Assembly: GCF_001194135.2 (NCBI RefSeq)
Contig: NC_068981.1
Span: 43,555,205-43,619,204, forward strand
Length of the DNA stretch: 64,000 nucleotides
Reading direction: 5' to 3'
Source: Octopus bimaculoides
Taxonomy: Eukaryota
Shown here: in pieces, positions 53,718 to 64,000 of the stretch
Position numbering within the stretch: position 1 is the first letter of the stretch
How the letters are laid out: the number at the start of each line of letters is the position of its first letter
Position numbers and translations under genes: made by a program
Notes under the pieces: generated by a model
Database searches by the model: none
What the model was told of the DNA's origin: nothing
The model's input: the letters and a program-made list of their open reading frames with translations, nothing else

Positions 53718-54046
53718 CACTTGTGCTGGTGGTACATGGAAAACAACATTCGAGCAAGGGCATTGCCAGTGCCGCTGGACTGGCTCCTGTGCAGGTGACA
53801 CGAAAAAATACCATTTGAGCGTGGTCGCTGCCAGTACCACCTGACTGGCCCTTGTGCTGGTGGCACATAAAAGCACCCACTATACTTTCGGAGTGGTTGG
53901 TGTTAGGAAGGGCACCCAACTGTAGAAACTCTGCCAGATCAGATTGGAGCCTGGTGCAGCCATCTGGCTCACCAGTCCCCAGTCAAACCGTCCAACTTAT
54001 GCCAGCATGGAAAGCGGACGTGAAACGATGATGATGATGATGATGA
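53718..54046 (+). mobile_element. RTE LINE 3' UTR fragment
   Basis: Homology to the other copies; (GAT)n tail. Confidence 0.9.
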
Positions 54047-54292
54047 TATCTCTGATTACTGTTGACATCATCATCATCATCATCATCATAATGATCTGGT
54101 GTTGTTGCCCCTGCTCCATCTCCCCACTACTTCTACTACCACAACAACAACCACTACTATCACCATCAATTCAAACCAACCAAAACAACAACAACTAGAA
54201 ACACTTCATCAGTTGAAAGTACTGCTGTTGTTTTTGTTTTGCTCCAAGTCAGCTCTGACTCAAAAACATTTAAAGTTCTATATTTAAGAGAT

Positions 54293-54678
54293 GTGGAGTG
54301 GCTGTGTGGTAAGTAGCTTGCTTACCAGCCACATGGTTCTGGCTTCAGTCCCACTGCGTGGCACCTTGAGCAAGTGTCTTTTACTATAGCCTCGGGTCGA
54401 CCAAAGCCTTGTGAGTGGATTTGGTAGACGGAAACTGAAAGAAGCCCGTCGTATATATATATATATATATATATATACATGTGTGTGTGTATATGTTTGT
54501 TCCCCCAACATCGCTTGACAACCGATGCTGGTGTGTTTACATCCCGCAACTTAGCGGTTCAGCAAAACAAGGTCGATAGAATAAGTACTAGGCTTACAAA
54601 GAATAAGTCCTGGGGTCGATTTGCTCGACTAAAAGCGGTGCTCCAGCATGGCCAAATGACTGAAACAAGCAAAAGAGT
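54293..54678 (+). mobile_element. tRNA-derived SINE family A, full length
   Basis: Box A TGGCTGTGTGGT, box B-like GCTTCAGTCCC, core, internal (TA)n/(TG)n, tail ending TGACTGAAACAAGCAAAAGAGTA; more than 8 partial copies in the window. Confidence 0.92.
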
Positions 54679-54772
54679 ATTATTTACATTCGATGGGCAT
54701 ATGGCGTAGTGGTTAAGAGCCCGGGCTACTAACCTAAAATTCCAAGTTCGATTCCAAGCAGTGACCTGAACA

Positions 54773-54823
<51 letters not shown>

Positions 54824-54961
54824 GCGAAAAATACCTTAGGAATGAGAACCCAGGTTCGAATTTTCCCCAAGACACCTGATGAAGGCTGGAGGGTATATCA
54901 GCCGAAACGTTGTGTTAACAACAAACAAGATGAGGACAAATATCCGTCGAATGTAAATAAT
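54679..54961 (+). mobile_element. SINE-like unit: tRNA-like head, (AAT)n, hammerhead family A and tail, bounded by an 18-bp inverted repeat
   Basis: Box A TGGCGTAGTGG (54702-54712), box B GTTCGATTCC (~54746-54755); 54679-54696 is the reverse complement of 54944-54961 (17/18). Confidence 0.75.
54871..54916 (+). ncRNA. Minimal type I hammerhead ribozyme motif (family A), apparently intact
   Basis: GACAC CTGATGA A GGCTG gagggtatat CAGCC GAAA CG TT | GTGTT. Stem I GACAC/GTGTT, stem II GGCTG/CAGCC, palindromic stem III AACGTT, GUU cleavage triplet. Confidence 0.78.
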
Positions 54962-55377
54962 GTGAATAATGATGGTCACACTATTATATTTCTTGAAATC
55001 ATCTTTTTTGTAAAACAGAATCTTATTTGAGAGTGATTTGGTTGCTATTTGCTAACCGCAGGCGTAGGTACAGAGAAGTTTTCTTTGTGTTGGGGTTGGT
55101 AGTATTATAGCTGCAATGGCAGGAGTGAGTTGTTCTCTTCTCTGGTATGAAATACTGCTAGGTACACAGGAAAAATTGTGAGTTACATGTCTTGTTCATA
55201 ATCCTGGTGCAATATTGTTGGCAAGGCAACTATAGTTGATATTTGGTATGTAGCCCACTATCCTTTTAACTTGGCTACTCACAAATGCTCAGCATAAGAT
55301 GAAATAAACTGGATATTCATGCCATTTTAAGTATGTCTAATATTCTTCACATTATCCCCAAAGCTGGGTTTTCTATG

Positions 55378-55850
55378 ACATCATCATCATCATCATCATC
55401 ATCATTGTTTAACGTCTGCTTTCCATTCTAGCATGGGTTGGACGATTTGACTGAGGACTGGTGAACCAGATGGCTACACCAGGCTCCAATCTGATTTGGC
55501 AGAGTTTCTACAGCTGGATGCCCTTCCTAACGCCAACCACTCCAAGAGTGTAGTGGGTGCTTTTACGTGCCACCGGCCAAAGGCCAGTCACTTGAAATGG
55601 TGTATTTTACCTGCCACCTGCACAGGAGCCAGTCCAGTGGCACTGGCATTGATCTCGCTCGAATTGCTTTTCACATGCCACTGGCACAAGTGCCAGGAAG
55701 GCGACGCTGGTAAAGATCACACTTGAACGGTGGTGCCCTCACGATTTTGCTTGCCCCAACAGGTCTTCGCAAGCCAAGTTTAGTGTCCAATGAAGGAGAC
55801 GTTGGCATGGAGGTCAGTCGTCGAACTTAGTTCGATTTCGATTTCATGTC
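55378..55850 (-). mobile_element. RTE LINE 3' fragment
   Basis: (ATC)n followed by the reverse-complement tail and UTR units. Confidence 0.9.
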
Positions 55851-57629
55851 CATGAGTAAAACTGTGGTATGTGATTTACTGTCGTTATTGATATTACAAC
55901 TGTTCACTTTTTATTATTTTTTAATTTATTTCACTATGTTTTTGAAGACCAGTGGATTAATAGAAATAGAAACCGATAAAGTTTGATGACATGAAGAGTA
56001 CCTGACTCAAAAATGTTGCCTCATGCATGTTCTCATCCAACCCATGCTAGCATAGAAAAATATAAGTTAAATGAATAAGCAACTGAATGAAGTAACTTTT
56101 TCAGACAATCAGTGCCCTGCACACAAACTTCATTTAATTCACAGACTTTTCACTTGTGTTATGCTACTCAAACTTACACTGCATCTTTATATGATGAACA
56201 TTTAAGAGTAAATTCAGAATGTGTAATGTATTCACAAATTCTAATACACTTCAGTGGCAGATATCTTATTCATTACTATTTATTCATTACCATATTAAAC
56301 TCCCAATGGGATATGTTAGGAAAAGTAAAATCATTAGTTATGATGGAAAATAATTTCCAAACAGAAATTTCATATTATCTTCTCAATCACATCGATACAG
56401 TTCAAATAAATAGCTAAACTTTGAATTAGTGATTTTATATAATTAATTTACATACCATCTTTGTCTATTTCAGTTTACCTTTGTCAGTTAACTTTAAGAG
56501 AATCGCAGAAATGCTTCTTAAATGCTTATCTATATAAACTATATCGAAATATTCTTCGAGAAGCACTAAAATTCAAACAATACTGTAAGAAATATAAAAG
56601 AGAAAGAAATATAAATTTAACACAAGACTCATTCATAAATTCATAATCTCTATCATAAAATTTGTTCAATGTTACGACTGTAAATTTAGTAGGTATAAAG
56701 TTGACAAAAACATGATGCACCATCAGAATTTAAATCACATTCTCAGTGACTGAACTGTTAAAGGTTACTCGTTGTCAAATGTTTATAGCCTTTCTCCTTC
56801 AGCTTCTTAGAGAATATAAAATCAAATAGAATTTCTTTGATATGCATTCTGCCTGGGAGTGACAGATAAATATCATTCTTTTATGTAGTTTGAAACAGCT
56901 TAATACCGGTGAATTATTCATGTATTCAGTTAACTGTTGTAAACATAATCCAATCAGTAACATTTCCAAGTAAATGGTGCCGTGACAGGAGGGCCATCTA
57001 CGCAGTTTTAGAGATCACTTATGTAGAAAATATATGGAAACTGGAATGTCTTTGATGATTGTGCGGAGACAAAATAAGTAAAACGAAAATAGTGACAACA
57101 AACGCAGGGAAGCTAAGAAAGAAAAAGAAGAACAAGAAAGTACTTACAAAACCTTAGAAAATTAATTTATAAAGACAGCATTGAAAGTACAATTGTTCTG
57201 ATAGCAACAAATTGGTTTGAATGTATATTTACTTATTTTTAGCATTCTCTAATTTATAAATTATTTATGGAGCTGCAAAAGTAGGGGAGGTCCACAAGTG
57301 TAAATTTGTGAAACATTGCTAGAATTTAAGATGGAGAAAATAAAATCTAACAAAAGCTGCACATGAATGCTATATTTTAATATATGGCTTGAGAGGAAGA
57401 AAATGTTGGTGGGGCAGTAGTTTGATGGAGCAAAGACTTTCTGGTATTTAGTTTCATCCATCTGAGTTCAAAATCTGCTGAGATTCACTTTACAATTTCA
57501 TTTTCTTATAGAGTTGATAAAATCATCATCATCATCATCACCATCACCGCTGCTGCTGCTGCTGCCGCCACCACCGCCATCGCCACCACCACCACCATCA
57601 CCACCACCACCACTACTACTACTATCATC

Positions 57630-57810
57630 CTCATTTAATGTCTGTTTTCCATACTGACATGAGCTGGATGGTTTGACAGGTGCTGGTAAGGTCGGGAGTC
57701 ACACCAGACTCCATTGTCTGTTTTGACATGGTTTCTATGGCTGGATGCTCTTCCTAATGCTAACCCTTGTAAAGAGTGAACTGGATGCTTTTTACATGAT
57801 ACCAGCATAT
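57630..57810 (-). mobile_element. Diverged RTE-type 3' end
   Basis: TTTAATGTCTGTTTTCCATACTGACATG..GGCTGGATGCTCTTCCTAATGCTAACC. Confidence 0.75.
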
Positions 57811-60253
57811 GTAAGAATACTGGGCATTGACTAATATTGTCTTTTGTTCACAACATGATGATTTCTAATAAGCTTTGTAATGCCCTGAGCATTAAATATG
57901 GCAGCATCTAATTTGACAATTGTTTTAAACACAGACTATGCCTATGTAAATTCTCTCAGTAATTTATGATGTACTAAGGCCAATCTCTTGTTCACTTGTG
58001 CCATAATCACAACTGTCACTCACATTTAAAAAAAAATTACTGTAGGAGAGAACTTCCATTTTTATCCACTATCACCTTCCTTTCCAAATGTAACTCATAA
58101 AAGTCAGTGGATTTTGCCAAAGAGGAAAGTGTCTACCTTCAGTCCTTTTATTTGTGTCAAACACATAACTTCTCTCATCACAGCATCTAGAAAGAAAAGA
58201 AAAAAAACTTTTATGTTAAAGATGGCAGAGAGATGCTACTCCTTGTTGTGGTCAATTGTAATTTTTTATGCTATAGTATATTGTTAGCTGGATGGGCAAT
58301 AGAAAGTTAATTGTCTTTGTCAGAGTGACAGTGCAGTGCCTGTCAGGTGATATGGATGGCTTCCCTTCATGTGTAAAGCTGACTTTCTTTTAGGTCCAGC
58401 TCTTTCTACAGATTTATCATATTATATAATATAAAGTTCACCAAATCATAATTCATAAAGCTAAGCTAGTGGGCAAGCACATGTTATCACCAGGAGATAA
58501 TTAAATATTTGAAGTGAATGACAAATGGACTGCAGAATTGGAAGAGTGATTCATTATGGTATTTCATTATGTCCCTTCTATATTCTGAGTTAAAATTCCA
58601 CTCAGGTTCCCTTTGCCTTACATCCTTCTTGAAACCAATCAGAAAAAAGTACTGGTGTTGATGCAACTAACTGGGTGGCTATCATCCAATGTAGGGAAAG
58701 CAGTAAAAGAATAAAAAAAATTTGCTTATTAAATTCAGTTTTGAAAATTCTATTAGACTAGTGGGGCCTTTATTGGGAAAAATCATTTCAGTAGGAAAAG
58801 AGAAGGAGGAAATGTATTAGTTTGTTGTGAAAACAGGATATATCTGTAAACTTATGTCAATACACCATGAAAAAGTACAGTTCACCATTAAAAATAGTAT
58901 AGAATGATGATGATGATGATGATAGTGGTGGTGATGATGATAATGATGATGATGATGGGTGGTGATGGTGATAATGATGAATATCAGTCATCTAGGTCTT
59001 AAGGAAAAGTCCTATGAGGATCAAACATTGATAACATATCAGAGAAAGAAGAGACAATATGAGATGAATGGTGTTTTTTTTTTTTTGCATTCCACTCTCG
59101 ATTGTATTTCATGCTTCAAGATGATTTTTAGCAGCAGCTTCAGGATTCCAAACCACTTTGTGGTTATATGTAAGTGTATACATACATACATACATACATA
59201 CATACACAGATTTATACACACATGCATACTTACATATATATACATATATGTATAGATATATACATACATTATATATTATATAATGCATAAAATGTGTGTA
59301 TGTATATGTACATATGTCTATATATGTATATAAGTGACTGTGTGTGTGTACACATATATATTTGACATATACATACACAAACATATATATGCAAATACAC
59401 ACACACATGTGAACATATGCTCACACATACGCACACATGCAAGTATATATATGGTTATGATGTGTGTAATGGCATGAAAATGCAAAGCAATTGTGCACAA
59501 TAATGTGTAGTAACATCTTTCATATTGCAGTGGCAGCAGCTTTGCTTTATATTTTGATGGGCTGTAGCTTATGTGCATTTTGTAAAGCATAATGTTTACT
59601 GCAATAGCCATTCTTTTGTCATATACTCTGCTCATACCCACTTTTACAGCTATGTTAATATAGTGTGCAGAGCCCTTCAGAGGACAATGAAAATATGCAA
59701 AATTATGGCCTATGAAATTATGATAGGGTTGTAGCAGGTAGCATGAGGAAAAGAAAAGAGCGAAAGAGAAAAGAGAAGAGAACAAGCTGAAGGGTGGAAG
59801 ACAGAAGGATCAGGCAACAACAACACCACCACCACCAACAACAACAAAAATGCAAAGTAACTAGATACTGAAATAAGGAGAGTGAATGCAAAGGCTAGCA
59901 GTTAAACATCAATGTCAAAACACAGCAAGCGGAAGGAGGTGGCGAAAAAGGAGGAGGAGATTGTGATGATAAAGCAGATACAATGGAAGATGTATATTAG
60001 TAATAAGTGCATGCGTAGAGACAGAGAGAAAATATCAGGGTTCTGCTTAGAAAATTCTATGGATGCTAGCTGCAGATGCATATTGCAGTAATAATCTCAG
60101 ACAAGTTGCTAAGAGGTTGGCAAAATGTATTTGTAACCATTAGTATATTTTATATCAGGATGTATGTGACTTAAGTGTCAATTGCTTTGTCTATACAGTT
60201 CTGCTTATGTACAGCTGTGTTATGTAATTCACTAGTCATTCTATCCAGTGTGC

Positions 60254-60289
60254 TAATAACAACAACAACAATAATAATATTATTATTCT

Positions 60290-60334
<45 letters not shown>

Positions 60335-60535
60335 GGAGTAAGATAATTGAAAAGATAGGAATGCATGTGAAGGCAAAGCATCCACAGAAAGCAGTGCAAG
60401 AACCATATGTATCCTTAGCAGAGTTTTCGAAATCAAATGAAAATATAATACAATAATAAGCTGGTTGGTGTTAAATAACAACAGCAATATTAATAATAAT
60501 AATAATAATAATATTAATAATAATAATAATAATAG
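60254..60535. repeat. (AAC)/(AAT)n tracts
   Basis: Directly visible at 60254-60333 and ~60490-60535. Confidence 0.9.
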
Positions 60536-60544
60536 GAAAATACC

Positions 60545-60895
60545 TCAGATAAATGGGAGGGAAAGACAAGACCAATACATGGAGGTGGTTAAGGTAAAGT
60601 GATCTGAAAGGATGCACTGTGGCATCGATTTGCAACACTCTGGAATAAGCTTCGAGAACTAATTACACCAAGTTTCAAATAGATAAGAATGTTGAATCAC
60701 CCTTTGTAAGTTGTGTGGCATCAAAAATGAGACAGTCTCTCACACTGGCTGTAAAGGAATATAAAAGGAAGCATGATAATGTACCTAGGTATGTTCACAG
60801 AAGACTGTATGAGAATTATGGTCTTGAAAGAACATTTAAATGGTATGAACATAAACCAGGAGGTGTCACCGAGAATAATGAGTATAATGCATAAC
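60545..60895 (+). mobile_element. R4/Dong-like non-LTR fragment (CCHC knuckle region)
   Basis: ..LRTNYTKFQIDKNVESPLC(K)LCGIKNETVS..KEYKRKHDNVPRYVH..LYENYGLERTFKWYEHKPGGVTENNEY; frameshifted. Confidence 0.8.
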
Positions 60896-61395
60896 TGACA
60901 GCAGAATTTCAAGTATCTCTTGATTTTCCTTATAACTGAAGGGAGAAAGAAAATCAATGAAAATACAATAATTAATTTGTAAAAAATTGGGAAAATACTA
61001 ATTTTGCTTTTTGTCACAGACTCTTGACCAGAAATATTCTATTCTCTGCTTTGTCTGTTTATAGATAGTAATTTATTGTAATTTTGTGGTTAAAAAGAAC
61101 GAAATTAAATTGAAACTGAATTAAATTTGTAAATATTAAAGGAACACTTAGTAGAATTTTGTAAAGAATTAAACTGATATAAGTATCATAAAGTATCTTG
61201 GAAAATAGATTTTCTTTCTGAAACAAGGAAATAATACATACTGCAAATCATGAAAGTTGAATTCATAATCTTGCACTGTAACCATACAACTACTGTGTCT
61301 CTCCATTTTCATTTTGTGGAATTAGTGAAGTGTTATTTTTCTTTCAATCATATTTGTATGAATGGAATAGTTCAGCAAACTGAAAATATTTAGAT

Positions 61396-61613
61396 CAGTG
61401 ATTTCCAATCGTTTCAGTCCATTGCTCTCTTGGTTCTATGCCTCATCCTCACTGCATCCCTCAGCTTTTAACATTATTCAAAAGAGTGGATCACAATACC
61501 ATATGAAAGATAATAATACAGGAAATATCAAAGGGATAACCATAAATCCATTGTCCCATCAACAAGTTCTTCACTTGTATTGTCTCCTTAAGCGTTCCCC
61601 TGGGAAGCCACTG
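61396..61613. mobile_element. hAT (Charlie-type) MITE with 8-bp TSD
   Basis: TIRs CAGTGATTTCCAA / (reverse complement) CAGTGGCTTCCCA; perfect TSD ATTTAGAT at 61388-61395 and 61614-61621. Confidence 0.85.
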
Positions 61614-64000
61614 ATTTAGATGAATAAATTGATTCTTTCAATAAACTAAACACCTCATCAATGAAATTGTGAGTGGTACCTATCTGCATTATAAGGAATT
61701 GCTCTGGGGTACAATTCAATGGCAACGACAGCTATTTGAATTAATAAACCTATGTTTAGTTGGTCAATATAGAGCTAGCACTTTAAACAGTCAGCCACTG
61801 CACCTCTTTAAGCATAGATAAATAAAAGCAGATTTTTGTCAGTATCACAGAGAAAACTACAGCAATGAAATTCTTCAAATCAATATAGAGTAGAAGACTG
61901 AAGATATCAACTCACACAAATGTAAAGATTCATTTCCATTTTCCATTATTGAGCTTCACTGTGAAAGCATTAACAACACCTGCTGTACAAGAAGCCAAAC
62001 AATATTACAACAAATAAATAAAGAAATAAAATAAAGGAAGAAAACATCTATCAAAAGCTGTTTTGTGAAACTTCCATAAATACAGAAGTAGAGAAAAAAT
62101 AAAAATAAAAATAATAACATTGACATCATTTTTTTAATGATTTATTTTATATAATTTTATTATATTTCTTTTCTACTAAAATGCTCAACTCTGAAAATGA
62201 GAAATTTGGGTTGTTGAAAAAATAAATGTATAAAGCACTTTGGAAAATAAAAAGTAAAATGTCTGGACCACTAAAGGTAAACTTTATATTCTAGGTCTAA
62301 AGAAGTCATTCATTCTAAGAATGTGCTGACCGATAATTTACTGAGAACATTTTTCAAAATTTTCTTTGGTTCTTAATTGTTTATACATTTAAAAATTTTC
62401 TTTTGTGTTTTTATATAATGTTTTGCTTTTATTTTCACTTTGAAAAGCCATATTTCTGACAGTCATTAAAATAACAAAAAAACAAACAAAAACCAAGTAA
62501 CGCCTAATGTCAAGGAAATCACGACAAAGTTGTGGCTGGTTGGGCCATTATGAAATACATCATCACACCCTTGACTAAGTCACTTTAATGTCTGTCTAAT
62601 ACCTGAAGAAAATGCTTCTTCTGCTCTTAGACAGACATCAGCTTTTCCAATTGACAACATGGGAAATGAACAACAATGTTGAGGATGGTTTTGATGGTGA
62701 TATTGACAATGGTGATGATGATGATGTTTAGCCCCAGGACAGCTCTGACTCAGCAAACCTATAATCAAAAGGATTCCATCAACAACTATCTCATTTGTTT
62801 GGAGAGTATATAAGAGTACATTATCTAGTGTGTGCCTTCCTTGTTTAAGACAGTAGTAGATTAATTTAATGGAGATTTGATTTTTGGTTATTATTTCTAA
62901 ATGGTTGTGTAACCCTGTTAAGGCTGCCTCAGTCATTTGATGATAATAATGATGATGATTGAGGAAGTGACGATGATTGTGGTGATGGTGCTGTTGTTGT
63001 TGCTGCTATTCATTTTTTTTTTTTCCTGTAGTTTCAGCTCAGAGCTGTGGCCATGCTGATGCACCACTGTTTAAAAGTAAAGTCGATGTTGGCATGATTT
63101 GAAGCCAGAATGTAAAGAACAGTAATTTAATGTCACAAAGTTCTTTGTCTATGGCTCTATTGATTCAGCCAATATTAATGATAATGATGTCGATGCACAT
63201 TTTCATTGCTACATCATTGTCTTCTAGACTAAGTAGAATTTACAAAGGTATTACTTTTGTAATCTCAACAGGTGCCATGGGAAAGGCAGATGATCACACT
63301 AAATGTTACACAGCAGGAGCATTGTAGAAATGATCAGTACATCATTATTTTGCAGTGTTCAACTGAAATAATTTCTCCCATGCATATTGCTTTAGACTTG
63401 TGTCTTTTCTGTGTAAGAATGTTTTTCTCAACCTCATTTAACATTATAAAAGCTGCAGATAATTTCTAATACAATGTGACACTTTACCATAAAGTGCAGC
63501 AAATACAAAGGAAAAGAAAATGAAAAGAAAAAATGCTGTGTTACCAATAAATAACCAATAAAGAAAACTTATAGTATCTCTTGGAAAATAACAGGGTTAA
63601 CTATGCAAAAAAAGGAAGGAACAAGGGAGATAGCAAAAGGAAAGGAAAAAGAGAGGGAAAGGGAGGGACACAGACAGATAGATGCAGTGAGAGATTGAGA
63701 GGAAGAGAAATTGAGAAAACAGAAAGAAAGGAAAATAATATAATATACAAGCATTAATAAATAGAAAATAGTGAAGTATATTTGATTAAGCTGGAGAGAC
63801 AGAGAGATGGAGAGATGGTGAGAGGGAGAGAGGAATAGATGAATGGAAGAAGATCTTACACCATTATAAAGAAGTATAACTGTTTCAGGAAATGCTGAAC
63901 ATAAAAGCAAATAAAAACATATTTGAATCCTGGCCTAAAGAATATTGAAGGTAAAGAAAATTATTGCAGTTGTAAAGCGTAAGAAAAAGAAACACAAAGA

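Overview
AT-rich, microsatellite-saturated eukaryotic DNA from a gapped short-read assembly (7 N-runs). The SINE and RTE repertoire looks like an octopod cephalopod genome; that is inference from family resemblance, not a database hit. No host protein-coding gene could be called with confidence: nearly all listed ORFs are translations of (TA)n/(CA)n/(GAT)n repeats or N-gaps. The window is intergenic or intronic and full of decayed mobile elements: many RTE-type LINE fragments, an RTEX-like RT fragment, HERO-like and R4/Dong-like REL-endonuclease fragments, four mariner fragments, a hAT MITE with an 8-bp TSD, a HINE/Helentron-like element, several tRNA-derived SINE families and several Penelope-like (PLE) remnants. 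The most notable signal is four sequence-unrelated families of minimal type I hammerhead-ribozyme-like motifs (CUGANGA-A-stem II-GAAA-palindromic stem III-NUH). They sit in PLE-like repeats with inverted duplications. One intact-looking copy (54871-54916) lies downstream of a tRNA-like Pol III head, inside a ~280-bp unit bounded by an 18-bp inverted repeat, suggesting a hammerhead-bearing SINE-like element mobilised by PLE machinery. All structures were folded by eye and coordinates of degenerate repeats are approximate.
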